A DNA stretch of 64,000 nucleotides from Anaerolineae bacterium (GTDB lineage Bacteria; Chloroflexota; Anaerolineae; UBA1429): NCBI GenBank assembly GCA_963675785.1, contig OY776562.1, positions 2,240,001 through 2,304,000 on the forward strand. Direction: 5' to 3'. Of this stretch, positions 37,871-48,394 are shown in pieces. The notes under the pieces were generated by a model. It saw only the letters and a list, made by a program, of their open reading frames with translations. It was not told the DNA's origin and made no database searches. A program made the position numbers and the translations under genes. Positions within the stretch are counted from its first letter, which is position 1; the number at the start of each line of letters is the position of its first letter.

Positions 37871-38872
37871 ATGAAGTACGGAGAAACTCTGAACAAAGCT
37901 CTGGCCATAACCTGGAAATACAAAATTCTTTGGCTAGTTGGTATCCTTATCGTCCTGTTTAGCGCTGGTTCTACAGGGCCCTCATCCATGCCCCAATGGA
38001 CATCGTCCATGGATGAGATGCCCTCTTTTATCACCACCCATGGGGCCCAAATTGTGAGTCAACTACAAGCCGTGCTCATCCCACTAATAACTGTGAGCAT
38101 CATCGTTGGCTTGATCATGACCCTGGTATCTATCGTCGTAAATTGCACCGGACAGGGGATACTCATCGACATGGTTGACGGGATCAACCATGAGCAAGAA
38201 CCTGTATTCAAAGATTCCCTCAACAAGGGCTGGAAGAACTTTTGGAAGCTGTTCCTGATTCAAGTTCTCGTCAATATCGCTGTATTCGTAGCGGTCATAA
38301 TCGAGCTCATTGTTTTGGGTATTCTGGCGGCTATCATCGTTGGCATCTTTTTCCTGCTGAGAAATATCGCCAACGCACTGGGGCTAATCTGGATCATCCC
38401 TATCGGCATTGTTTGGGGCATTATCACCCTGGCCGTGTTCATCGTCACAGCGGGTATAGCGCAGATCATTGCGCAGCTTGCCTACCGCGAGACGATCCTG
38501 AACGATCTAGGTATTCAGCAAGCCTTGGGTGCAGCCCTGAAAACCTTCCGCAGCAAGACCGGACCTGCTGCCGGATCCTGGGGTATGCAAATCGTCCTCG
38601 GCGTGATCTTTGGTGTCGTCGAAGGCATTATCACCATGATCATTCTCGTCGTCCTGGGAACCCTGTTGTGGATATCCATGGGCCTGGCAGAATCGCTAGG
38701 ATTGTCGGTGATTGTAGCACTCCCGCTTATCCTGCTACTGGGCTTGTTCAGTCTGTTTATTGGCGCCTTGTATCAAGTAGCCAAGAGCGCCATGTGGACA
38801 TTGTTCTTCAGACAGCTAGAAGAACTATCCGTAGAACTGCCCCAAGACCATCCGGAAGCCTTGCCCGCATAA
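37871..38872 (+). CDS. Hypothetical polytopic membrane protein
   Basis: GGAGG SD before MKYGETLNKALAITWKYKILW; about 6-7 TM segments. Confidence 0.75.
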   Translation: MKYGETLNKALAITWKYKILWLVGILIVLFSAGSTGPSSMPQWTSSMDEMPSFITTHGAQIVSQLQAVLIPLITVSIIVGLIMTLVSIVVNCTGQGILIDMVDGINHEQEPVFKDSLNKGWKNFWKLFLIQVLVNIAVFVAVIIELIVLGILAAIIVGIFFLLRNIANALGLIWIIPIGIVWGIITLAVFIVTAGIAQIIAQLAYRETILNDLGIQQALGAALKTFRSKTGPAAGSWGMQIVLGVIFGVVEGIITMIILVVLGTLLWISMGLAESLGLSVIVALPLILLLGLFSLFIGALYQVAKSAMWTLFFRQLEELSVELPQDHPEALPA

Positions 38873-38877
38873 ATACA

Positions 38878-38914
38878 AGCCCCTTGTCCTGCTACTCGGG
38901 ACAAGGGGCTTTTT
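38878..38914 (+). terminator. Intrinsic terminator between convergent genes
   Basis: AGCCCCTTGTCC-loop-GGACAAGGGGCT-TTTT. Confidence 0.85.
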
Positions 38915-38924
38915 ATTCTAGTTG

Positions 38925-40019
38925 CTAGTCCGCTACCAAACTCTGAGCCACAATCCGAGCAGATTGAACCATGTCCTCGATGCGAATGTATTCCTCGCAG
39001 GTGTGGAATCCGGCCATCCCTGTGCTGAGTTGAATCGTTTCGATGCCAGCGGCACAAAAGATATTGGCATCTGAACCACCACCACCCGCCGTCAGTTGCG
39101 GCTCGATGCCGACACCACGCGCACCTGCACAAACAAACTGAACTGCTGCCGAGTCCTCAGCAAGCACATAGGCGGCATAAGCCGGCTTGACCTCGACATC
39201 GACTGTCGCCCCGGCATCAGCAGCTGCCTTTTTCAGCGCGTCAACCATCGTCTCCGTCTGCGCCTGGAGTTTATCTGCATTGCGGCTGCGCGCTTCCCCT
39301 TGAAGAATCACCGTATCGGGCACAATATTAGTCGCCTTGCCGCCCTCAATGACGCCAATATTGGATGTGGTTTCGGAATCAATACGACCCAGGGGCATGG
39401 CAACGATGGCCTCAGCAGCCACGCGAATGGCATTGATGCCTGCCTCAGGCGCCACGCCAGCATGGGAGGCTTTGCCGTGCATCACCGCCCGCAACGAATT
39501 CTGCCCCGGCGCGCTGACAATAACATTGCCCCAAGGTCCGTTCGCATCCAAGCCAATACCAATACGGGAAGAAAGACGAGAGACATCAAATGCCCCGGCA
39601 CCCAGCAGGCCGATCTCTTCCTGGACGGTGAACAACACTTCTAGCGGCCTGTGCTGTAGACCGCGTAGTGCATCCAACACTTCGATGATGATGGCCACGC
39701 CCGACTTGTCGTCGGCACCCAACACCGAGGTGCCGTCACTGTAAACCACGCCATCACGAATAACGGCCACCACATGATCAGCGGGAGTTACAGTGTCCAG
39801 ATGAGCCGTCAGCAGCACGGGCTCCCCCACGCCTTCAACACGGGCGAACACATTGCCCGCCTCATCTCGTTCTGATGTAACGCCCAGCCCTCTGAGCATG
39901 TCCATGGCCTCACGAGCTACCGCATCTTCGTGCCCCGAAGGACTCGGTATTTCGGCTAGCCGCACAAAGCGCTCCAACAGAGATTCAGCGTTAATCACAA
40001 TCATCCACCCTTCTATCAC
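38925..40019 (-). CDS. M20 family metallopeptidase (peptidase T-like)
   Basis: AHLDTV, LGADDKSG, EEIG, GGGSDAN, HTCEE. The start may be the ATG at 40004. Confidence 0.88.
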   Translation of the reverse strand: MIEGWMIVINAESLLERFVRLAEIPSPSGHEDAVAREAMDMLRGLGVTSERDEAGNVFARVEGVGEPVLLTAHLDTVTPADHVVAVIRDGVVYSDGTSVLGADDKSGVAIIIEVLDALRGLQHRPLEVLFTVQEEIGLLGAGAFDVSRLSSRIGIGLDANGPWGNVIVSAPGQNSLRAVMHGKASHAGVAPEAGINAIRVAAEAIVAMPLGRIDSETTSNIGVIEGGKATNIVPDTVILQGEARSRNADKLQAQTETMVDALKKAAADAGATVDVEVKPAYAAYVLAEDSAAVQFVCAGARGVGIEPQLTAGGGGSDANIFCAAGIETIQLSTGMAGFHTCEEYIRIEDMVQSARIVAQSLVAD

Positions 40020-41719
40020 AAAGCAAGCATTTCAGAGGCGCTTTGACGCGCCGCTTCTGTAACCTGACCGCGTATCATCAGTGCTAATTCATCGACGCGC
40101 TGTTCCTCACCAAGCCGGATGACCTGAGAAACGGTGCGTTCTTCCACAACATGCTTTTCCACACGATAATGGGCGGAGCCCCGTGCAGCAATCTGCGGCA
40201 AATGTGTAATGCAAAACACCTGGTGAGCATCCGCCAGCCTGGCCAGTTTTTGACCGACAACCTGGCCGGCTCGACCACTGATACCAGCATCGATCTCGTC
40301 AAAGATCAGCGTGGGTACAGGGTCAACCTCGCATAGGGCCACTTTGAGGGCCAGCATGATGCGTGAAGCCTCACCGCCCGAAGCCGTCCTGGCTAGTGAA
40401 CCAGGTGCCTCACCGGGATTAGGGGCAATCATGAACTCGATTTGGTCTGCCCCGGTGCGATCAAAGGCCAGCCTCCTCCCCTCGACGGGGATACCGTTCT
40501 CGGTCTCTCGCACTGCAAAATGCACGCTAAATCTGGCATCGGGCATATTCAGTTCGTTCAGCTCGCGCTCAATGGCTTGCGCAAGTCGTGCGGCGGCAGC
40601 CTTGCGAGCATCAGAGAGTATATGCGCCAGCTCGCCCAAGTCATTCAGCAAGGCGCTCTCCTGAGCAATAAGTTGCTCGGAACGCTCTTCGCTGTGGGTA
40701 ATGCCCTCAAGTTCGCTCTCAGCGCGCTGACAATAAGCGAGAATCTGCCTAATATCATCGCCGTATTTGCGCTCAAGATTCGAGATCAGCGCAAGGCGCT
40801 CTTCAACCTCTTCGAGGGATTGTGGATCATATTCGACCTCATCACGGTACTGGCGCAAACTGCGGGCTAATTCCTCGATCTGTTCGAGCATCGCTTCGCT
40901 ATCAGCAGCAGACTGCTCCATGACGGTATCCAGCCGGGCTAGATCGGCCATATGCGTGGATACAAGGCCCAACAGGTCAGAAGCGGATTGCTCGCCCTCT
41001 GCCCCCATAAGCGCTTCATAAGCCTGATTAGCCAGATCAGCACGCTGTTCAGCATTAGCCAACAGCGTACGCTGCTGTACCAATTCTTGTTCTTCATCCA
41101 CCGTCAGTCGGGCTGCATGAATCTCGCGAATCTGGAACTCGAGGAGATCCATACGCCGGGCTTTTTCGCGAGATGAAGCGCGTAACGTGGCAAGCTCATT
41201 GCGGACTTGGGCGAGGTGACTGGCCATACTGGCAAAACTCTCGCGCTGCGCAAACAGATCAGCGTATTGATCGAGAAAAACGAGCTGTTGGCGTGTCTGT
41301 AAGAGAGAGAGGTGATCGCCCTGACCGTGGATATCGACGAGGTGGCGGCCGATTTCATTGAGGACATTCAAGGTAACCGGATGACCGTTTACCCTGCTGA
41401 CACTGCGTCCGCTTGAGCTGAGCTGGCGCTGAAGGACGAGTTGAGTGGAGTCATCGCATAGGCCCTGCTCTTCCAAAAGCAGAAGAAGAGTTTCCTGCGT
41501 CTGCTCAGAGAGCAAGAACAAACCCTCTACTGTGGCTTGATCACAGCCAGTACGCACCATATCGGATGAGGCCCGTGCGCCCAGCATCAGCCCCACTGCG
41601 TCAATGATGATAGACTTGCCAGCGCCCGTCTCACCGGTCATCACATTGAATCCGTCGCTAAAAGCAATATCCAGCGACTCTATGATGGCCAGATTACGGA
41701 TGTGGAGCTCTATCAGCAT
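40016..41719 (-). CDS. recN: DNA repair protein RecN
   Basis: TGETGAGKS, IHGQ, ASGGEASR, FDEIDAG, ITHLPQIA. Confidence 0.97.
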   Translation of the reverse strand: MLIELHIRNLAIIESLDIAFSDGFNVMTGETGAGKSIIIDAVGLMLGARASSDMVRTGCDQATVEGLFLLSEQTQETLLLLLEEQGLCDDSTQLVLQRQLSSSGRSVSRVNGHPVTLNVLNEIGRHLVDIHGQGDHLSLLQTRQQLVFLDQYADLFAQRESFASMASHLAQVRNELATLRASSREKARRMDLLEFQIREIHAARLTVDEEQELVQQRTLLANAEQRADLANQAYEALMGAEGEQSASDLLGLVSTHMADLARLDTVMEQSAADSEAMLEQIEELARSLRQYRDEVEYDPQSLEEVEERLALISNLERKYGDDIRQILAYCQRAESELEGITHSEERSEQLIAQESALLNDLGELAHILSDARKAAAARLAQAIERELNELNMPDARFSVHFAVRETENGIPVEGRRLAFDRTGADQIEFMIAPNPGEAPGSLARTASGGEASRIMLALKVALCEVDPVPTLIFDEIDAGISGRAGQVVGQKLARLADAHQVFCITHLPQIAARGSAHYRVEKHVVEERTVSQVIRLGEEQRVDELALMIRGQVTEAARQSASEMLAL

Positions 41720-41755
41720 GGATGACCTCCGCTCCAGACAAATACGTCTATCGTG

Positions 41756-42601
41756 TCACTGAGAAGGGCCAAGGTCCGGCCAACGCAGACGGTGAAGTAC
41801 GGTTTCATAGAAATAGCCGGGGCTGCCAAAGCGAATGAAACGTGCTCGGGTATCGGCAGCACGAATCACCATGGCGTCCCCAACCTCAATATCAGCATCA
41901 ACCTGGCCATCCATGGTCATCAGGGCATCAACGCCCTTGTCCAAAACCAGCTTGACGGTACTATTGGCAGGCACAACAATGGCATGCGCTACAGCCAGAT
42001 GAGCAGCAACCGGCACCAGCGTGATGCCGTTCACCCCCGGAGAGACAATAGGCCCTCCGGCCGAGAGGCAATAAGCCGTGCTGCCTGTTGGTGTAGCTAC
42101 CACAAGCCCATCGGCAGTTTGGGTCATTACATAATGGCCATCCACATACACCGAGATACGAACGGCACGAAGCGTGCCGCCACGCCCCATCACCACTTCG
42201 TTAATGGCGTTGCCCGAGAGAATACAGGCGTTATCCCGATATAGGTCGGCCTGAATCATCATGCGCTCTTCAATGAAAAAGCGTTGGGCGAGCAGGTCGG
42301 GGATGACCGCTTCGAGCGCTTCTGGTTCAATCTCAGCAAGAAACCCCAGCCGCCCCAAGTTCACACCCAACACTGGCACACTGGCGGCAGAAACAGAACG
42401 CAAGGCATTGACGATAGTACCGTCCCCACCAAAAGTCATCAAGAGTTCGAGATCGCTTGCTACAGCACATAGGGTCTCGAGATCATCACTAGTCCCCGTC
42501 CAGGTTCTGGCGCCGCCCGCCTGAAGCAACCGCTCTGCCCGACGCGCCAACTCCATCGAGTCGCTGCGTAGATTTCCGTACAGCAGGCCGATGGTTTTCA
42601 T
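41756..42601 (-). CDS. nadK: NAD(+) kinase
   Basis: GGDGT, NLGRLGFL, NE, DGLVVATPTGSTAYCLSAGGP. Confidence 0.95.
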   Translation of the reverse strand: MKTIGLLYGNLRSDSMELARRAERLLQAGGARTWTGTSDDLETLCAVASDLELLMTFGGDGTIVNALRSVSAASVPVLGVNLGRLGFLAEIEPEALEAVIPDLLAQRFFIEERMMIQADLYRDNACILSGNAINEVVMGRGGTLRAVRISVYVDGHYVMTQTADGLVVATPTGSTAYCLSAGGPIVSPGVNGITLVPVAAHLAVAHAIVVPANSTVKLVLDKGVDALMTMDGQVDADIEVGDAMVIRAADTRARFIRFGSPGYFYETVLHRLRWPDLGPSQ

Positions 42602-43869
42602 CTGGCAACCTCGAGTCGACGCTGAATCGCTCCAAGCAGCTCGTCAAAAACGACGCTTTCTTGCGGAGCGTCGCTGAGCATGTCGCGCAGTACTACCTTA
42701 CCCGATTCAATCTCTTCATCGCCTATGATCACCGCCAGGGCAGCGCCAACGCGGTTGGCCGCACGAAACTGAGCCTTGATGCTGCGATCGTCAAATTCCA
42801 GGCCCGCGCTGATGTCGCTATCTCGCAACGTCTCGGCCAACTTGAGAGCCTGGCGCTTAGCTGCCGCGCCATGGTAAATCAGAGCGACTTGCTGAGAAGT
42901 TATGGCAGGAACCTCGATGCCCTGTTCTTTCATGGTCATTACCAAGCGCTCAATGCCAGAACCAAAACCAATGCCCGGCGTATGCGGGCCATCGAGCTGT
43001 TCGGCAAGGCCGTCATAACGTCCACCACCGCACACCGCATTCTGCGCGCCAATACCCGCCGCCCAAACCTCAAAGACGGTCTTGGCATAATAATCGAGGC
43101 CGCGCACCAACCGATGGTTGATAGAGTAGGGTTTACCCAGGTCATCCAGATAACCGCGCAGCACAGCAAAGTGCTCGGCGCAGTCGTCGCAAAGGTGATC
43201 CTGTATGTGCGGGGCCCCGGCAATAAGCGGTTGGCAGCTATCTTGCTTGCAATCCAAAAGGCGCAGCGGATTGCGCTCAAGGCGACGTTTGCAGTCGTCG
43301 CACAGCTCGTCAACATGCCCGCTATAGTAGGAGACCAATTCCTTTAGATAAGCCGGCCGACAGACAGGACAGCCCGTACTGTTCAACTGAAAGGCCAGAT
43401 TCTGAAAACCCAGGTTCTTGAATAGCTGCCAGGCCACTGACATGACCGTCAAATCAACCGCAGGATCGGATGAGCCGATACACTCGATATCGAATTGGGT
43501 GTGCTGGCGGTAACGACCAGCCTGCACGCGTTCATAGCGAAAGATGGGGCCAGTGGTATAGATCTTGACTGGCTGAGGAAGAGTCTTCATACCGTGCTGT
43601 AAATAGGCTCGCACCACGCCAGCGGTGAATTCAGGACGAAGAGTGATATCACGACCGCCCTTGTCCTCGAAAGAGTACATCTCTTTATCGACAATATCAG
43701 TCCCATCGCCAACACCCCGCTGAAAGAGGCTGGTCTCCTCAAAAATGGGTGTGTCAATACGCTCAAACCCAAAAAGGGCGGCAACGCGACTTATTTCGCG
43801 ATAGATATGCTGCCAGTAGGGCTGGTCCTCGGGAAGGATGTCGATCGTCCCGCGTGGTGCTACAAACAT
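42598..43869 (-). CDS. hisS: Histidine--tRNA ligase
   Basis: PRGTIDILP, KEMYSF, LRPEFTA, FRYERVQAGRYRQH, LVRGLDYY, GGGRYDGL. Confidence 0.97.
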   Translation of the reverse strand: MFVAPRGTIDILPEDQPYWQHIYREISRVAALFGFERIDTPIFEETSLFQRGVGDGTDIVDKEMYSFEDKGGRDITLRPEFTAGVVRAYLQHGMKTLPQPVKIYTTGPIFRYERVQAGRYRQHTQFDIECIGSSDPAVDLTVMSVAWQLFKNLGFQNLAFQLNSTGCPVCRPAYLKELVSYYSGHVDELCDDCKRRLERNPLRLLDCKQDSCQPLIAGAPHIQDHLCDDCAEHFAVLRGYLDDLGKPYSINHRLVRGLDYYAKTVFEVWAAGIGAQNAVCGGGRYDGLAEQLDGPHTPGIGFGSGIERLVMTMKEQGIEVPAITSQQVALIYHGAAAKRQALKLAETLRDSDISAGLEFDDRSIKAQFRAANRVGAALAVIIGDEEIESGKVVLRDMLSDAPQESVVFDELLGAIQRRLEVAR

Positions 43870-43902
43870 AAGAGCCTCCTGTACGCCGCACCGGGCGGCT
43901 CA

Positions 43903-44631
43903 CTACTCTTCGGTATCCAGTTTCTCTTGCCAGTATTCAAAATAGGGATCCGATATGGTCATCAACACACCCTCAGGATTCCAATCCGTCAGCCACTCGG
44001 CATGTTCGGGCGAAATTCGAATGCAGCCATGTGAAGCAGGCTGAACGCCCAACAACTCGCGTTCTTGGTACACTTTGACGTCGTCCACATACGTATAAGG
44101 CAGACTATGCACCAGTATAAGCCCCAAAGATGGATAGAGGTACCAGGCATCATCAGCATACACATCGAACGAAAAGAACGTGCCATAGTACTGGCCCACT
44201 TCGCCAGTCCAAGCTTCGGTATAGGTTGTATCCGTAGGCAGGCCTGTGCTGCAGGGCAAGCTGCGATAAAGCTGGCCAAAGATAAAAATGTTCAGCCGTT
44301 GAGTCATTTGATCCACATAGATAAAGCGGGCCAGGTCAGGATGCGTATCGTAAGGGAAGGGAGTGGGAGAGAGCGTTGGCGTACGCGTCGGACTGGTTGT
44401 CGCAGTTGGTGTGCTGGTAGCCTGTGGTGTAGGTGTCAGGGTAGCCGTAGCCGTAGCTGCCAACATAGCCGTCGCAACGGATTCAGGGGTAGCTGTATCA
44501 TCTACCACGGCAATCAGCGTAGGTTCGGCGTCAGCACTTTCCAGATGGTTCATCACCAGTGCCATAAGGCCCACAACAACAGCTATGCCCAAGATGAGGC
44601 TCAGCAGCCATCTTGTTGAGTTCATCAGCAA
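43903..44631 (-). CDS. L,D-transpeptidase (YkuD family), membrane-anchored, with Thr/Pro linker
   Basis: N-terminal TM, TPT-rich linker, IYVDQMTQRL, CSTG, catalytic VHS...ASHGCIR. Confidence 0.88.
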   Translation of the reverse strand: MLMNSTRWLLSLILGIAVVVGLMALVMNHLESADAEPTLIAVVDDTATPESVATAMLAATATATLTPTPQATSTPTATTSPTRTPTLSPTPFPYDTHPDLARFIYVDQMTQRLNIFIFGQLYRSLPCSTGLPTDTTYTEAWTGEVGQYYGTFFSFDVYADDAWYLYPSLGLILVHSLPYTYVDDVKVYQERELLGVQPASHGCIRISPEHAEWLTDWNPEGVLMTISDPYFEYWQEKLDTEE

Positions 44632-44654
44632 TCAATCATCCTCTATAACTAGCA

Positions 44655-45299
44655 TTATTCGAGATTCAAACGTTTCTCGAGATCCTTGAGAGCGCTCTGA
44701 AGCTGTTCCTGACGAACAGCGGTCGTAAGATCGCCGCGCGTTTTTTCGGTTACGCCACGCACCATATCCGTGGTGCGTCGCAAACCGCGCGTCAGCGAAT
44801 CGGGAAAATCAATGGTCACCAGCTGGCTGTAGACATCATCCATAATCGTCAGAATGTGCTCAGCCTCGTCAATATCGCCCCGGCGAATAGAATCCAAAGC
44901 GAAACGGCGCATTTCGCCAATGGCCTCAGCCAGGCCATTCAGATAAGCAGCCCCGTCGGCATCCAGAGATTCCGGCGTAGGCAAGGGTTCATCTGTCACA
45001 AAGGCCAGCGTGCAAGAAGCCTCAACGAGTTCTTTGATAGCATCCTGCAAGTATCCCGCATAGTAGACATCCGGAAAAGTGCGGGCATCCTCGCACATTA
45101 TCTGGGCCGCCTCTTGAGCCTTGCCCAACAATTCACGGGCCAGATCGTAATCATGTCGATGTGTGGCCCGAATGCTGTTAGCACAATATCGAATCAGAGC
45201 CCTAGAACGAGTCAAAGTCAGATCACGGGTCTCGTTCTTCGCCGTAAGATCATCACAAATTCCCTGAACGATCTGCTCTAATTGCTGCGATTCAAACAT
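44655..45299 (-). CDS. Translin/TRAX family protein
   Basis: Predicted all-helical. SRALIRYCANSIRATH, KELVEA, YLNGLAEAIGEMRR and LRRTTD match the translin/TRAX pattern. Confidence 0.8.
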   Translation of the reverse strand: MFESQQLEQIVQGICDDLTAKNETRDLTLTRSRALIRYCANSIRATHRHDYDLARELLGKAQEAAQIMCEDARTFPDVYYAGYLQDAIKELVEASCTLAFVTDEPLPTPESLDADGAAYLNGLAEAIGEMRRFALDSIRRGDIDEAEHILTIMDDVYSQLVTIDFPDSLTRGLRRTTDMVRGVTEKTRGDLTTAVRQEQLQSALKDLEKRLNLE

Positions 45300-45323
45300 G
45301 ATGCCCCCTCGTGTTTGTTGCCC

Positions 45324-46694
45324 TTATTCTACTGAGGAAAACACTACCCACGTAATCTTGCCAAATTGGGTGGGCACGTCAATAGGTGCAGAATCCAAAC
45401 TATCAAGGCTCACCGTATAGGTGGCCTCGGTGTCGAGGCCGTCAAAGGAGAACTGGCCCAGGCCATCCGTCGTGTGGGTTACAGTCCAGTTCCAGGCTTG
45501 GATCCGCACTACAACGTTGGCCACACCTTTACCAGATGAATCCAAAACCTGCCCGCGGATCAGAATCCATCCAGCAGAGCCGCCATCACGTACTTCGTAG
45601 GTTGCAGTAAAAGTGCCCTTGGGAACAATGGCACTGGAATCGCTATCAACCGGAGGCAAAGTAAGGCAGTATTCTTCCGCTTCTGCTGCTTTTTCGGCCA
45701 AGCCGTCCGCACTGCCAATCTGCAATGCACGCGAATAAGCCTGTTCAGCCGAACACCAGGCATCCTGATCTCCCATGAAATCGCCATAGTTTACGAGGGC
45801 ATCAAACAAACGGGCGCGCACATCCAAATAGCTAGGGGCAATCTCATACAATGCCTCAAACTCTTCTACTGTGCTTTCCCAATCGGCGCCCCAATAGCTC
45901 ATCGCATTCATATACTCTGTCGCCAACTCGAGTTGAAGCCGGGCCTCATCATCACTGGCGTCAATGGCGAGAGCCCGATTGTACATGCGGATGGCCTCTT
46001 CAATGCGGCCTTCATCAATCAGATCAAGCCCAGAATAATAATAGGCGTCAAAAAGCATTTCATCGACCTTTGTCCGTTGATAGGTCGAATCCACAGACCA
46101 CAACTGATCCGTGGTAGATATCACCTCTGACCAGTTTTCTGCCTCATACGCCTCTATGACTAGAGCAAAATAAGCCTCGTTCATTGCCTCACCCAGTACC
46201 GGCGTGGGCGAAGGGAAAGCATTGAGATGCTGTTGGGCCTCTAACAATATCTCGCTGGCCCCGGGGTAGTCTGCATTGATAGCCAGAACATACTCTAGTT
46301 CGGCAATAGCCAGTTCATATTCTCGAGCCTCAAAATGCTCGATCCCGCGTTCGTAATGCACATCTGCTGAATCGGTAACACTCGCTTCGCGATCCTTGAG
46401 GCCAAGATAGATAGCCCCCAGCGCCAGCCCAACAAGAGCCAACAGCAAAGCTAAACCGGCGATGATGACAGTGGCATTATGCAACGGGCTGCGCCTGGTC
46501 GGTTGAACAGGCGATTCGGAGAGTTCATCTCCCTCTGCCGTCTCCTCAACCGTTGCATCATCCAGCGCAAAAGGCTCTTGCTCAGATGGTTCGATAGCAG
46601 GCGCCTCTTTTGCGACACGTTGACGCCCACATTTGGGGCAGAACATTTGATTTTCGGCCAATTCCTGGCCACAGAACGGACAGTTTTCTACCAT
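45324..46694 (-). CDS. Zinc-ribbon / TM / TPR protein with C-terminal carboxypeptidase-regulatory-like beta domain
   Basis: CPFCG...CPKCG, one TM, TPR-like helices, IRGQVLDSSGKGVANVVV...TTDGLGQFSF. Confidence 0.75.
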   Translation of the reverse strand: MVENCPFCGQELAENQMFCPKCGRQRVAKEAPAIEPSEQEPFALDDATVEETAEGDELSESPVQPTRRSPLHNATVIIAGLALLLALVGLALGAIYLGLKDREASVTDSADVHYERGIEHFEAREYELAIAELEYVLAINADYPGASEILLEAQQHLNAFPSPTPVLGEAMNEAYFALVIEAYEAENWSEVISTTDQLWSVDSTYQRTKVDEMLFDAYYYSGLDLIDEGRIEEAIRMYNRALAIDASDDEARLQLELATEYMNAMSYWGADWESTVEEFEALYEIAPSYLDVRARLFDALVNYGDFMGDQDAWCSAEQAYSRALQIGSADGLAEKAAEAEEYCLTLPPVDSDSSAIVPKGTFTATYEVRDGGSAGWILIRGQVLDSSGKGVANVVVRIQAWNWTVTHTTDGLGQFSFDGLDTEATYTVSLDSLDSAPIDVPTQFGKITWVVFSSVE

Positions 46695-48253
46695 ACCACC
46701 AATTCCAACGCTTGATCGTTCAGCGTTATCTCGACTTGAACAGTATCACCCGTGCCAACCGATCCAAGATCAAATTGATCCTCAAAAGCCGCTGACGGCG
46801 ATACGTTGACTTCTTGGACCAGCAGCAGGGAATCTCCAACCAGTATGCGCACATTGCCCGAGCAAGGAATCCGCGAAACGATGCCCAAATCAAGCCGAGA
46901 GCCCTCGCGAATCGCAGAAACCGCCAGGTCATCGCTGACAGTCGTCAGCTCCTCCAGGCCCGAAACCACCCACCACGTCTCCTGCCATCCGGCAGAAGCA
47001 CCGGGTTCAAGGTAGCGTTCTGTATCAAAGGCCGTTGTCAGGCCACCCCACATCTCAAAATACTTGGAACCGTCTGCGGTGTACTGGCCCGTATCACCAA
47101 AGTCAGAGCCAAAACCAAACATCTTGGTGCCCTGTACACTTGCATCAAAGGTGCGCACCATGCCGATGCGCGTCTCAGGCTCGTACACTCCCGAGGCTGA
47201 GGCGCTTAGCTCAGGAGCGAAAAAGCCCAACCAGTTTTGCCAGTTGCTGTACAAGCTCCAATCCGTGCCGGCATAGTTAGGCCAGCTCATCCATTCCCCC
47301 GCAGCTGGCAGCTGGTTGTCACCACGGCTGTGCACAATCACACGTTCTGCCGGGCAATAGACGACCAGCCTATCGCTCACGCTATCACCTGCTGGTGCCA
47401 TCATACCGTTGACCCAGTATTGGCAAGCTGCAATCTCATCACCGACATTGGTAATAGCCATTGCAAGGTCAAAGCCGGCTGAATCCACGGGAAGAGTAAT
47501 ATCGGCACGAGCAGACAAGTTGCGCATCGTATCCAGACACTGCATTCGGGCCGTTACCGAGCCATCTGCGTTAGTCCACACAGTACAATCCCAGGGTTCC
47601 GCTGTCAGGTAACCGTGTTCCTCAACAGGCAGACAAAACTCTAGCCCGCCAATGGCCAGCCACCACCCCTGCTCCTCCGGTCCCCAATGTGTCGGCTTGA
47701 GAACAGGCGTCTGGTAAAACAGTTCTTGGCCTGTGGGTAAAAATACACAACGGTAGATCCGCCCGCCAAGTTCCGGAATCAGTGTCAATTCCAAGTAAGC
47801 GTTGCGCAATATAACCGTATCACAAGTCCGTGAAACTATGCCCCCAACCAGACCCCAATCTAAATGGGGATAGGTCAGCTCTGGCGAATAGTAGAGTGCC
47901 TCGCTGAGATCATAGGCCTGCAACACTATGGTACCATATTCTACGCTCACCGCTTGCGGATTTTCGGCAACTGGTGTTAGCGTAGCCAAAGCCGGCTGAG
48001 TTGGAATGGGCGTCAGTCCCGGCTCAGTTGGTAATGCCGTAATAGTTAGTGCGGGTAAAGGCGTTGCAGTAGCTGTAATGGCGCAAGTCGTCGTCTTTGT
48101 CGGTGTGCAGGTTTTTGTCACAGCCGGCATTGTTGTAAGCACAGCAGCAATCGTTGGCACCGCTGTCACTATAGCTGCCGGTGTATTTCCCCGGCATCCC
48201 CCGATTAATAGAGACGCAACAACAAGCACAAGTATGACCCGCTGCCTACGCAC
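46688..48253 (-). CDS. Lipoprotein with DUF5107/galactose-mutarotase-like domain
   Basis: GTG start with AAGGAG SD, lipobox IGGC, Thr/Pro linker, LRNAYLELTLIPELGGRIY, GGLEF, YFEMWGG. Confidence 0.65.
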   Translation of the reverse strand: MRRQRVILVLVVASLLIGGCRGNTPAAIVTAVPTIAAVLTTMPAVTKTCTPTKTTTCAITATATPLPALTITALPTEPGLTPIPTQPALATLTPVAENPQAVSVEYGTIVLQAYDLSEALYYSPELTYPHLDWGLVGGIVSRTCDTVILRNAYLELTLIPELGGRIYRCVFLPTGQELFYQTPVLKPTHWGPEEQGWWLAIGGLEFCLPVEEHGYLTAEPWDCTVWTNADGSVTARMQCLDTMRNLSARADITLPVDSAGFDLAMAITNVGDEIAACQYWVNGMMAPAGDSVSDRLVVYCPAERVIVHSRGDNQLPAAGEWMSWPNYAGTDWSLYSNWQNWLGFFAPELSASASGVYEPETRIGMVRTFDASVQGTKMFGFGSDFGDTGQYTADGSKYFEMWGGLTTAFDTERYLEPGASAGWQETWWVVSGLEELTTVSDDLAVSAIREGSRLDLGIVSRIPCSGNVRILVGDSLLLVQEVNVSPSAAFEDQFDLGSVGTGDTVQVEITLNDQALELVVW

Positions 48254-48394
48254 CTTGTCTCCTTTGCCAGCATGTCCGCTGATTATAGCTTTGCGGAACA
48301 AGAGTGTCCAAACCCGGTTACACTGAATCAAGCCTTTGTCGCATCCCTGCACCATGCTATAATCACCCCCTAGACGACACTTGTGGGAGCGTGC

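Noticed and set aside
44350-44460. GTAGCC-type short repeats
   Set aside because: They encode the Thr/Ala/Pro linker of the L,D-transpeptidase.
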